Positions 37,101 through 46,300 of a DNA stretch of 59,101 nt are shown in pieces. Position numbers and translations under genes: made by a program. The stretch is from Akkermansia sp. (GTDB lineage: Bacteria > Verrucomicrobiota > Verrucomicrobiia > Limisphaerales > SIBH01). The notes under the pieces were generated by a model. The model was not told the DNA's origin, did not search any database, and saw only the letters and a program-made list of their open reading frames with translations. Numbering within the stretch: position 1 is the stretch's first letter; every line of letters starts with the position of its first letter. Location: the NCBI GenBank assembly GCA_043757045.1, contig JAYVQC010000168.1, forward strand, positions 1 to 59,101. The letters run 5' to 3'.

Positions 37101-40100
37101 AGGGCAGCGAGACTTTCACCGTGACCTTGAGCGGCGTGCAGACGCTGACCAACACCGCGCTACCCGGTGCCACGCTCCTCGGCACGAACGTCTTCGCCAC
37201 GGTCACGATTCTCGACAACGAACTGCCGGGCAGCGTGGATTACGAGTTCAATCCCGGCGGCGGCGCGAACGCCACGGTGCGCGCGGTGGCCCAGTCGCCG
37301 CGCGGCGGGCTGGTCGAGTTCCTCGACCGCGTGGTCATCGGCGGTGACTTCACCACGGTGGACAATTTCGTGTTCAATCGCGTCGCGCGGCTGCTGCCCG
37401 ACGGCTCGCTCGATTCCTCGTTCAACCCCGGCGCGGGCGCGAATAGCAACGTGCTCGCGGTGGCGGTGCAGGCGGATGGACGGGTGCTGGCGGGCGGTGA
37501 GTTCACGACCGTGAACAACACGAACCGCGCCCGGCTCGCCCGGCTGAACGGCGACGGCAAGCTCGACCTCAGTTTCGACGTGGGGGCGGGCGGGGTGAAC
37601 GGCACCGTGCGCGCCATCGCGGTGCAGCCGGACGGCCGCGTGATCATCGGCGGTGATTTCTCGCAGGTCGGCGGCGTGGCGCGCGGCTTCCTCGCGCGGC
37701 TCGGTACGAACGGCGCGCTCGACACCAATTTCTTTGCCAGCCTGAACGGCAGCGTCCGCGCGGTGGCCGTGCAGGCGGACGGGAAAATTGTCGTGGGCGG
37801 CACGTTCACGCTGGCCGGCGGCGCGGCGCGCGCCTCTCTGGCGCGGCTGCATACGAACGGCGCGCTCGACACCGCCTTCGCGATCGGCGCCGGTTTCAAC
37901 GGACCTGTTCACGCCCTGCTCGCGCTGGACGACGGGCGCATCGTGGCGGGCGGCTCGTTCTCCAATTTCAACGCCATGAATGTCACCAACCTCGTGCGCC
38001 TGAACGCGACCGGCCTGCTGGACAGTTCGTTCCAGACCGGCAGCGGGCCGGATGGCGCGGTCTTCGCGTTGGCGCAGGCGGGCGGCGGGCGGCTGGCGCT
38101 CGGTGGCGCGTTCTTGAATTACGCCGGCACGGCGCGCGCCGGTTTCACCCGGATTCTTGCCAACGGCAATTTGGACACGAATTTCAACCCCGGCACCGGG
38201 GCCAACGCGGCGGTGCGCGCCGTGGCTGCGCAGGAAAACAGCGCGCTGATCATCGGCGGCGATTTCACGGTCGTGAACGGTCTGCCGCGCAACCGCATCG
38301 CCCGCGTGCATGGCGACGAGTTCCTCGACCTCGTGGGCGTGGAGTTTGCGCTCGGCGAATTCTCCGTGTCCGAGGCGGGCGGGGCCTTGGCCACCATCAC
38401 AGTGCGGCGCACGGGCAGCACGAACCGCGCGTTCAATGTCCAGTATTACACCGCGAACGGCACGGCGACCGCGCCGGTGGATTATCTTTCCGCCACCGGC
38501 TCCTTGTCGTTCGCCGTCGGCCAGTTGACGAAGACTTTCACCATCACGGTTTTCGATGACGCGCTGGTTGAAGGCACGGAAACCGTGGGCCTGTTCCTGA
38601 CCAACGCCTCGGCCCTCGTGCAACTGGGCGGCAACAGCCGCGCCACCCTGATCATCCTCGACAGCGCGCGGTCGGTGTCGTTCGAGAACGCCGCCTACAC
38701 CGTGGGCGAGGGGGCGACGAACGCCGTGATCACGCTGGTGCGTTCCGGCTCTCTGGCTGGCGACGTGACGATCACCTTGAGCAGCAGCAATGGCACGGCG
38801 GCAGCGGGCTATGACTACGTGGGCTTTACGAACCTGATCACCTTCACGAACGGCGAGTCCGCCAAAACGCTGGCGCTGCCGCTCATCAGCGACGACGGCG
38901 ACGCGGAGTTCACGGAGACCATCGTGCTCCGGTTGGGCGCGCCGGGGACGATTGGTGCGCCCGCTCCGGGCACAGTCCTGGTCAGCATCCTCGACAACGA
39001 TCCGGGTCCGGGGGACGCCGACCTTCGTTTCAATCCGGGCGCAGGCGCGGGCCGCGTGGTGCGGGCGCTGGCCTTGCAGCCGGACGGACGACTGCTCGTG
39101 GGCGGCGCTTTCACCAATTTTGCGAACTCGAATCTGAACTTCATTGCGCGTCTCGAGACGAACGGCCTCGTGGATGTGAGCTTCGCGCCCGGCACGGGTC
39201 CGAACGCCGTGGTCTCGGCCATCGGCCTCTCGCCGGACGGCCAGATCGCGCTGGGTGGCGCGTTCACGAATTACAACGGTGCCAGTTTCAACCGCCTCGT
39301 GCGGCTGAACACCAACGGCGGCGTGGCGGCGGGCTTCTCCGGCTCGGTGTCGTTCGATGCTGCGTTGCAAGCCCTGGCCGTGCAGCCGGACGGGCGGATG
39401 GTGGTGGGCGGTGCGTTCAAATCTCCGGCGGCCGGCGTGGCGCGGGTGCGTCCGAACTCCTCCCTCGACTTCCAGTTTGATCCAGGTCTCGGCGCGGACG
39501 GCGCGGTCAACGCCGTGGTCTTGCAGCCGGATGGCAAGGTGCTGATCGGTGGCGCGTTCACGAACGTGGCCGGTAATCCGCGGGCGCGGCTGGCGCGGCT
39601 CGGGCCGGACGGCAACTTCGACGCAGTGTTCGTTTCTACCGGCATCACCAACGGCAGCATCTTCTCCGTGGCGCTCGCGCCGGACGGAAAGATTTTGATC
39701 GGCGGCAGCTTCCGTTACGTGCATGGCCAGCCCCGCAGCGGCGTGGCGCGGCTCTTGGCGGACGGCTCGCTGGATGCCTCCTTCAATCCCGGCGTGGGCG
39801 TGACCGGCACGGTCTATACCGTGAGCGTGCTGACCAACGGCGCGGTCTTCATCGGCGGCGATTTCCTGAGCGTGGGCGGGCTGCCGCGCGCGCGGCTGGC
39901 GCTGCTTTCCTCGGGCGGCACGGTGGACCCGGTGTTCGGAGCGTCGGGCGGTGCCGACAACACGATTTACGCCTCGGTCATCGCGCCGGATCAGAGAATT
40001 TATGTCGGCGGAGATTTCACCAGCATCGCCGGGCAGACGCGGCGCGGGGTGGCGAAGCTGAACATTGGCGGACTGGACACGCTGCGCTTCACGCGCATCG

Positions 40101-40297
40101 CGGTCACCGGCGGCGCAGCCGTGCCCCGGCTCACTTCCGAGCCGGGCCGTGCGTATATTCTTGAAGGCAGTGACACTCTTGGCGTTTGGTTCCCGGTCAG
40201 CACGAACCTGGCGTCCGGCGTATCGCTGGATTTCAGCGATCCGGGCGCGCTGACGCGCACCAATCGTTTTTACCGGGCGCGGCGGTTTGGGCCGTGA
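31127..40297 (+). CDS. Giant secreted protein (3056 aa): metzincin-motif head, PKD-like and carboxypeptidase-regulatory-like domains, ~11 Calx-beta units, two 7-repeat delta-60 arrays, C-terminal FYR-type domain
   Basis: Hydrophobic N-terminus MKLFRWLTAGVLVILLAALVL. HELGHNFGLPH at nt 32402-32434. FTATAQDADGDALAYNWDFGD (PKD-like). ISGRVLDTDGNPLQGVRVHN. Repeated units of the form DY..(x)..G.(L/V)TF.PG....(V/I).(I/V).DD...E..E.F...L. Delta-60 blocks F(N/D)PG.GAN..V.A.A.Q.DG. Confidence 0.85.
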   Translation: MKLFRWLTAGVLVILLAALVLSRTGRVRPSSSPSSPAVAPVAGEVARTAAPASAGAPVTAPLVSNPSVGVPVSSAFENWARTFVKGDASQRAALLEKVAEVATTRRQEMAALIRANPEAALRRALPWSLRQQLPTEVLLQIEQPVSARGLFRPVCYKPFHTGQDEAHDLGYEVIINGTRYETYTYGARLQQPTHDSAYLHGVSVKEDLSQGPELLALSDEVTRLISDASEKQALVDAKQVRGDAGCDVAGRTIVQFGDQYYGYCDPSQAEQMAQMLQAAHGMLWGSGAKNHATETLPIEGFSGTQGIKKLLYIRVLFADDPVPPQSDNGAQATAQANNRYFYEGSYGTVWWESTITPLVRLPQRKNFYGENPGRLLSDAAAGAALLGYFTSDYFSPHYVLHNTLVQYSFGGLSSGILNASPGALTHELGHNFGLPHANLWTAEGTLPGPVQPQNAPPWPIDPDSLIGHYDLNAPAIPGLNTQQPVLSYGNQHDVMGSGGGHFSAMFKNAMDWLPDPFIKRITGSTTNRIYAFDTPRIDTGRLYAMRMRKDVRREYWFTFRQAFPDNPWFSNGLEVDWNIGPENPGYSVALGNNVLIDTTPDTTYGKEDAALIVGRTLHDPQASLHVTPIAVGGGPDASDKWIDVVVQIGPFPDNQIPTLALAASSLTVATGAVINFTATAQDADGDALAYNWDFGDWTFGPNAPLASKQFNAPGQFVVRCEISDMKGGVASRHLVITVGNPGTYTISGRVLDTDGNPLQGVRVHNSGVKPADAPPVPEGTSTNAFITDVGTYRYGYTDTDGYYVIGNNPPDDYVVRAFLFGYSTVPLNFTDPVNVSNGNASGIDFTATKIARVRVARTLDAFELGGEGNDGVFTISREGGDFAQDLPVRFGLSGSARYLVNYTVTGADTSQTNCTFTTNGNVITTNCVSTNVALGQVIIPAFQSSIDVHVVPVDNAVGDGDKTVVMTLALQTNFFRIRTEVTNFFITNGTAITTNSVITNRVDQFRVPGWELRLSGVDSTPTWFQTDPTYVLDQAEATVRIEDDDAPATPSVFAGSLDTDALESRGDLATVIFFRQGAPLDADLTVYYTTFGEAENGVDFDELPGVITIPAGQAFVLLPIRAINDLFVEGNEEVFIQVLPAPDDSYTTDLGFGAFAIIVDDDLPLVNVFAAANTVPRNGGSARVTVSRAGSTDEALTVNYLVTGTAVSGVDFNTLAGSVVIPAGQLSADILISPIAASVNPLPRTVTIQLSDATTYNIYQQNSATITIFDNTLPTVTLARSAASLTENGGTAAFIVTRTGPTNASLNVFFDVGGSAWEGSDYANIGTNIVIPAGSLTASINVTGINDPARETPDVTGQDTVIVRLRAHSAYNLGGTVNQTMTITDDEGDTALPSVGFMLSSSAVREDVGQAMLYLKVTANPATNRPIQIEYRVTSATAVPNVNYVNQFPAGTNFASFSTTGFVDITHYFPPRPPPMFFSFENGIYAIPVQILDDGVAAGDKTLTITLFDPSRFQTNTSLATNTSVMPPRVYTNFLITRIPTNAFLGPARSHTLTIQDLRTSTVSVTALEAQAYEAGPIPARFLVSRTGSTNTPLTVAFAVEGTAAIGSDYALLGTGPTNGTVTIPAGTNAVIVTVMPIDDPTEEVAESIVFTILERVGYHLDFANSASVILVSDDGTIQFSSESYRVSEDASNAVLTVVRTGGTNLTTTVDYLFTGGSALNGTDYLGTNGTLTFLPGQTLQFITVPLINDLLVEPDETVTLVLSNATGGVPLGGQNAATLFIVNDDTAFEFAAASFRGNENGVFGAVDIRRSGVVTNTHTVTFTTTNGTAGAADFFAFTAPVTFLPGETNQTINVFLQDDELFEGDETVSLALSVPAAGTTIGALSNAVLVIVDDECQLEFEVAGYSIIEYSNFVTLVIRRVGGTVNPVSVHYATSDGTATNGADYLAVNSTVTFTGDHFETDTNGSGAVFFVPGEASRIVTVPILDDVLGEGSETFTVTLSGVQTLTNTALPGATLLGTNVFATVTILDNELPGSVDYEFNPGGGANATVRAVAQSPRGGLVEFLDRVVIGGDFTTVDNFVFNRVARLLPDGSLDSSFNPGAGANSNVLAVAVQADGRVLAGGEFTTVNNTNRARLARLNGDGKLDLSFDVGAGGVNGTVRAIAVQPDGRVIIGGDFSQVGGVARGFLARLGTNGALDTNFFASLNGSVRAVAVQADGKIVVGGTFTLAGGAARASLARLHTNGALDTAFAIGAGFNGPVHALLALDDGRIVAGGSFSNFNAMNVTNLVRLNATGLLDSSFQTGSGPDGAVFALAQAGGGRLALGGAFLNYAGTARAGFTRILANGNLDTNFNPGTGANAAVRAVAAQENSALIIGGDFTVVNGLPRNRIARVHGDEFLDLVGVEFALGEFSVSEAGGALATITVRRTGSTNRAFNVQYYTANGTATAPVDYLSATGSLSFAVGQLTKTFTITVFDDALVEGTETVGLFLTNASALVQLGGNSRATLIILDSARSVSFENAAYTVGEGATNAVITLVRSGSLAGDVTITLSSSNGTAAAGYDYVGFTNLITFTNGESAKTLALPLISDDGDAEFTETIVLRLGAPGTIGAPAPGTVLVSILDNDPGPGDADLRFNPGAGAGRVVRALALQPDGRLLVGGAFTNFANSNLNFIARLETNGLVDVSFAPGTGPNAVVSAIGLSPDGQIALGGAFTNYNGASFNRLVRLNTNGGVAAGFSGSVSFDAALQALAVQPDGRMVVGGAFKSPAAGVARVRPNSSLDFQFDPGLGADGAVNAVVLQPDGKVLIGGAFTNVAGNPRARLARLGPDGNFDAVFVSTGITNGSIFSVALAPDGKILIGGSFRYVHGQPRSGVARLLADGSLDASFNPGVGVTGTVYTVSVLTNGAVFIGGDFLSVGGLPRARLALLSSGGTVDPVFGASGGADNTIYASVIAPDQRIYVGGDFTSIAGQTRRGVAKLNIGGLDTLRFTRIAVTGGAAVPRLTSEPGRAYILEGSDTLGVWFPVSTNLASGVSLDFSDPGALTRTNRFYRARRFGP
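32402..32434 (+). other. HExxHxxGxxH zinc-binding motif (metzincin-type) in the head of the 3056-aa protein
   Basis: cac gag ctg ggg cat aac ttc gga ttg ccg cac = HELGHNFGLPH. Confidence 0.7.
33700..37227 (+). repeat. Array of ~9 Calx-beta-like units; 2 more at 38316-39012
   Basis: By-eye count of ~100-110-aa units. Each has a (T/S)G.A..G.DY motif and ends in (I/V).(D/N)D...E..E.(F/V)...L. Confidence 0.7.
37228..38315 (+). repeat. Delta-60 repeat array, 7 repeats (predicted 7-bladed propeller)
   Basis: Seven successive blocks: FNPGGGANATVRAVAQ, FNPGAGANSNVLAVAVQADG, FDVGAGGVNGTVRAIAVQPDG, FFASLNGSVRAVAVQADG, FAIGAGFNGPVHALLALDDG, FQTGSGPDGAVFALAQAGGG, FNPGTGANAAVRAVAAQENS. Confidence 0.75.
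39013..40070 (+). repeat. Delta-60 repeat array, 7 repeats
   Basis: Blocks: FNPGAGAGRVVRALALQPDG, FAPGTGPNAVVSAIGLSPDG, FSGSVSFDAALQALAVQPDG, FDPGLGADGAVNAVVLQPDG, FVSTGITNGSIFSVALAPDG, FNPGVGVTGTVYTVSVLTNG, FGASGGADNTIYASVIAPDQ. Confidence 0.75.
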
Positions 40298-40330
40298 ACG
40301 GGGCGGACGGAAATTTTTTAGGATTTGAAT

Positions 40331-43300
40331 ATGAGCAGCAATCTTGAACGACGCAGTGATCACCCACGCGCCCGCGCCGGCTGGCGCGGCTGGCTCCGGG
40401 TGGCCCTGCTGGCGGTCGTGGCCGGGCTGGTTCCCGCCGCCGCCCTCGCACAGCCGGCCAACGATAATTTCACCAACGCGTTTGTCCTCGTCGGCACCGC
40501 CGGCACGACCAACGGCACGACCTTGAACGCCACCGTGCAGACGGGTGAGCCGTTCCACTTCTCGTCCTATCGCGCGCGCTCGGTGTGGTTCCGCTGGGTG
40601 GCACCGGACTCCGGCCCGGTGACGTTCGATCTGATCGGCAGCACCTTTGACACGATCATGGCGGCCTACCGGGGCAGCGCCTTGGGCGGTCTCACGCAAC
40701 TGGCCAGTGATGATGACAGCGCGACCGTGTCGCCCTATCCCTTCGACAGCCAAATCACGTTCACGGCTTTGGCCGGGACGGAATACCGGATCGCAGTAGA
40801 TGGTTTTGCGGCGGCGAGCGGATCGTATGTTTTGAACTGGAGCCAGGTCGTCTGCACGAACGTGCCGCCTGGGCCGACGGAGATTCAATTCTCCTGCGTG
40901 GACTACGCGGTCAGCGAATCCTCGCCCGGCTTCGCCACGGTGAAGGTGGTGGCGGGCGGTGCCTTTCCGGGCACCGTGACGGTGGATTACTTCACGACCG
41001 ACGGCACGGCGTTGGTGCCGGGAGATTACCTTTCCGTCTCGAACACTCTGACTTTCGCGCCCGGCGAAACGAACAAGACCTTCACCATCATCATCAACGA
41101 CAACACCTTCCAGAACCCGAACAAGACGGTGAACCTGACGCTGGCCAACCCGACCGGCGGGGCCACACTCGGCCTGAGCAGCAACGCGGTGCTGACCATC
41201 GTGGACGATGAGTCCACGCCGGTGGTGAGCATGGCGGGCCAGTTCAACTTCTCGATGCCGGTTTATAACGTGACGGAGAACGAGACGGTGCGCGCACCAT
41301 TTGCCAACGCGCCGCCCTCGAACAACGGCCCGAACCGCAGTCCGTTTGGTGCGGTGGTGATGGTCACGCGCACCGGCGGGGCCGTGGGGCGCGTGATGGT
41401 GGATGTGAACGTCCTCTCCACGAACCGGTTTGGTACGAATGTCACCACGAACACCCTCACCCAGACTCTCGTCTTCGATGATTACCAGATGAGCGCGACC
41501 TTCCTGGTGTCTATTCCGCAGGTCGGCAATTCCATCATCAATCTGGTGCTGACGAACGCGCGGCCCGACGTGCTCGAAGACCCGGCCATCATCATCCCGA
41601 CCATCGGCACGGCCCGGTCTTCCATCTCCGTGCTCGGCGTGAACGTGGGATCCATTTACAGCATCGAGCGCAAGACCTACCGCATTGACGAATACGATCC
41701 GGCCGACCCGTTTAACACGCTGGGATTGCCGGGGCAGAACAACTCGATCCAGTTCGATGTGCTCAACCCGAGCGGTCAATCCGGCAACGTCACCATCTCG
41801 ACGCGGGCCAATCTGTACGGCTACTTCATCTTGGATAGCTCTGACTATCCCGAATCGCAAACCCGTTTGCTCCCCGAAACGCCCTACACGGACGGCTTCC
41901 CCGGCATTACCAACTTGGTGGACTACATAACTTTCAGCCAGACGTTAAACTTCGGCCAGGGTGTGACCCGCATTCCTGTCACCTTGGTTGTCACCAACGA
42001 TCCCACGGTGGAGTTCAACGAGGACATTCAGTTGCAACTGACCAATCCGGACAACAACCACACCATCGGCAACGCACTCGCCAACGTCACCATCATGTAT
42101 GACGACCAGCCGGCCGGTCAGGCGGATCGTGAGTGGAATCCTGAACTCATCTCGACCACGCAGCCGCCGTTCAACAACACTCCGGGCGCGAACAACACCG
42201 TCTCCGCCGTCGCCGTGCAGGTGGACGGCAGAACCATTCTCGTCGGCGACTTCACGGCGGTGAACAGCGTCTCCCGCTTCCGCATCGCGCGCATGAACTC
42301 GGATGGCTCGCTCGACCTCACTTTTAACCCCGGCTCGGGCGCGGACGGCTTCGTCGAGGCGCTGGCCTTGTATCCGGCCAGTGCGGCGGTCGGGACGAAC
42401 GCGGGCAAAATCCTGGTCGCCGGCGGCTTCAGTTCGATCAACAACGTGAGCCGGAACGGTCTCGCGCGTTTGAATCCGAACGGCTCGCTGGACAACTCCT
42501 TTTTCGTGGGCAACGGCGCGGATGGTTTTGTCCACACGCTCACGCTCCAGTCGGACGGCAAGGTTTTGGTCTCCGGCGATTTCACCCACTGGAACGACAT
42601 GCCGGTCGCGGGCCTGATGCGCCTGAACCAGGACGGCTCGCTCGACACGACGTTCAGCGCCGGTCTCGGACCGGACAGCACCATCTGGAGCGTGGCCGTG
42701 CGTGACGCGGCGGGGACAATCTTCGCGCCGCGCACTGCGGCCGGCACGGACTTCGAGGACGTGAACGTGATTGAGACGGGATCAGAGCAGGGGACTTTGG
42801 TGGTGAACTACGACTTCTTGAACATCCCGGACAACATCCGCGTGTTTTATGAAGGCATTCAGATTTTTAACCTCACGACCAACGGGGCGGGGCAGTTGAC
42901 CATTCCGTACGGCCCCGGGTTGGCCACGGACATCACCATCATCATGAACCAGGGCATCGGCCTGCCCGGCACGGTCTGGTTCTACACCGCGCGGGTCACG
43001 CCGGTGGTCACGGGCCGCACGATTTTCATTGGCGGCGATTTTACCTCGTATGACGGCTCGGTGCGGCCGGGTGTGGCGCGCTTGCTGGACAACGGCTCGA
43101 TTGACAATGGATTCAACCCCGGCCTGGGCGTGGACGGCAGCGGCAGCGTTTTCGCGGTGGCGATCCAGCCGGACAACAAGCTGCTCGTGGGCGGCGCCTT
43201 CACGCGCTTCCATACCAGCGCGCGCAACTCGATTGTGCGCCTCCTCAAGGACGGCTCGATTGATCCGAACCATCACGTCGGCACCGGTTTCAACGACTCG

Positions 43301-46300
43301 GTTTATTGCATTACACTCGCGCCGGACAACAAGCCGCTGCTCGGCGGCATCTTCCAGGAATACAACAGCACGCGGCGCATGGGACTGGCGCGGCTCCTCA
43401 CGAGCGGCTCGCTCGATACGAGCTTCATGGACACGGCGTACAACCAGTTCTCCGGTCTGACCAAGACCTACAGCTTCGACCCGCCGCGCTACGTGAACTC
43501 CATCGCCTTGCAGTCGGACGGCAACCTGATGATCGGCGGCTCGTTCACGAACGTGGGTGGCAACTTTTCGGTGCGCCACGGGTTGCGGAACAACTACACC
43601 GTCTTCACCCGCGCGGACAAAACCACACGCTACAACATCACCCGCCTCATCGGCGGTTACACGCCCGGCCCCGGCAACATGGAGTTCGCGCCCTCGGCAT
43701 TCCCGTTCACGATTGATGAGGGCGCGGGCATCTTCTACGCGACGATGCGCCGCGTGGATGGACGCCTCGGCACGGCCCAGATCATCGCCACGAATTCTTC
43801 TGTCACCGCCAGCACGCCGGACGACTTCATCAACGAGGGACTGCTGCAGACGTGGCCGGAGTTTGCCTATGTCGCGCCGCGCAGCGTCGGTTATGTGGGC
43901 TTCAATTACTTTGCCATCCCGATCACCGAGGATGTGTTGCAGGAGGGTGATGAGACCTTCAGCGTCGGGGCCGTGAATCCCACCGGCAGCATCACGCTCG
44001 GTGGTGAGTTCATCCCGCTCGGCGGTGCGCGCGGCTTTTACGACGGCTCGACCGTGACCGTGGCGGACAATGATTTCTCGCACGGCGTGTTCAACTTCCA
44101 TCTCTCGGCCTACATCACGAACGAGAACGCGGGCTTCGCCATCATCACCGTCATCCGCACCAACGGCAGCTCGGGCGCGGTCTCGGTGGATTACCTGACG
44201 CGCCCCGGCACACCGTCGCCGGCCACGACGAACCTCGATTTCACGCCCGTGCGCGGCACGCTCAGCTTCTCGCCGGGGCAGACGGTGCGGACCTTCCAGG
44301 TGCCGATTGTCAACGACGCCCTCGTCGAGTTCGACGAGAACGTGGCGCTGATCCTGACCAACGCCACCGGCGGCGCGAAGCTGCCCGGCGGCACGCCCAC
44401 GTCCATCGCCACGGCCACGCTCACAATTATTGACAACGACTTCCTCCAAGGTCGGTTGAACTTCTCCGCCAGCAGCTTCACGAACAACGAGAACGAAACC
44501 TTCGCCACCATCACCGTCAGCCGCACCGGCGGCAACGTCGGGGCCATGACCGTGCAGGTCCGCACCGCCAACGGCACCGCCTTCGCTCCCGCCGACTACA
44601 CCGCGACCACGAACACGCTTTTTTGGAATGATGGCGACAGCGCGGCCAAAAGTTTCATCATCCCGCTCGTCAGCGACGGCTTGGTCGAGGGTTCGGAGAT
44701 CGTGAACCTGATCCTCTACAACCCCGCCATCAACGGCGCGCTCGGCGGGCGCACCAACGCCACGCTGGTCATTGTGGACGGCGATAACTTCGGCGCGCTC
44801 ACCCTGAGCCAGTCGCTCTACGAGGTGGATGAAAACGGCACGGCTCCGGTCATCACCGTGAACCGCGTGGGCGGCATCGCGGGAACCGTCTCGGTCAGCT
44901 TCGCCACCTCGCCGCTCCCGGCCACTCCGAGCACGGACTATCTGAACAACAGCGGGACCCTCACTTTCTTCCCTGGCGAGACCAGCCACACCTTCGTGGT
45001 CACGAACCTGGATGACTTGGTTCCGGGCGGTGACCAGATTGTAATCATCACCCTGAGCAACCCGGTCAACGGCACACTGGGCGCGATCTCGAACGCGACG
45101 CTGACCTTCGTGGACAATGAACTCATCAACCTGCCCGCCGGTTCCGTGGACACCACGTTCAGCGGACTCGCGGCGGCCAACGAGGCCGTCTATGCGCTCG
45201 CGTTGCAGCCGGACGGCGGCATCCTGATGGCTGGCGACTTCACGATTGTGAACAGCGTGCCGCGCAACCGCATCGCCCGCCTGCTCGGCACCGGCTTGCT
45301 GGATGAAACTTTCAACATCGGCCCCGGCGCGAACGGCTCCATCCGCGCGCTGGCCCTGCAAAACAACGGGCGTCTCGTGGTCGGCGGTCTCTTCACCACC
45401 ATCAATTCGACCAACCGCAACCACATCGCGCGGCTCGGCACGGACGGCTCGCTCGACGCCTTCTTCAATCCCGGCGCGGGCGCGGACAACCCGGTTTATG
45501 CCCTCGCCATCCAGGGCGATGACAAGATTCTGGCGGGCGGCTCCTTCTCGACCTTCAACGGCATCACCCGGCCCGGCGTGGTGCGGCTGAACACGAACGG
45601 CGCGGTGGACTTGAACTTCAATCCCGGCGCGGGCGTGGACGGCACCGTGTATGCCCTGGCCGTGCAGGCGGACGGGAAAATTCTCCTCGGCGGCGAGTTC
45701 ACCTCCTTCAACGGCGTGGCTCGCACGAACCTGCTCCGCCTCAACGCCAACGGCACGCTCGACGGCACGTTCAACCCCGGCTTCTCGATTGATGCGGGCG
45801 TGCGCTCCATCGTGGTTCAGCCCGACACGCGGCTGCTCATCGGCGGCTCGTTCACCAACGTCAATGGCGTGACCCGCCGTGGCCTGGCCCGGTTGCTCGC
45901 CAGCGGCGCGCTCGACGCCACGTTCCTGAACGGCCTCGGCGGCGCGGACAGCACGGTGCTGGCGGTGAAGTTGCAGATTGATGGCAAGATTTTGGTGGCC
46001 GGTGATTTCCGCCGGTTCAACAACGTGACCCGCTCCGGCCTCACGCGCCTGCGCGCCGACGGCACCACGGACCCGGCGATCAATTTCGGCGACGGCGCGA
46101 ACGCCTTCGTGGCCGCGCTGCTGGTCCAGCCTGACCGCCGCATCATCATCGGTGGCGGCTTCACCGAATACGACGGGCAGCCGCGCGCGCATCTGGCGCG
46201 CATTTATGGCGGCTCGATTGATGGCTCGGGCAGCCTCGAATACAGCGCGCAGCTTTTCACCGTGGGCGAGTCGGCAGGCAGCGCGATTGTCACCGTGCGC

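Noticed and set aside
37160-41860. 1566-aa minus-strand ORF, the longest of many antisense ORFs. Others: 32585..34537, 34559..37003, 42782..46516, 47597..49144, 49190..50722, 51599..54724.
   Set aside because: All lie antisense to plus-strand ORFs with clear repeat and domain structure. This one even crosses the intergenic gap between two plus-strand genes. The translations are Arg/Gly/Ala/His/Val-rich with no motifs. This is the typical stop-poor shadow frame of high-GC3 genes.
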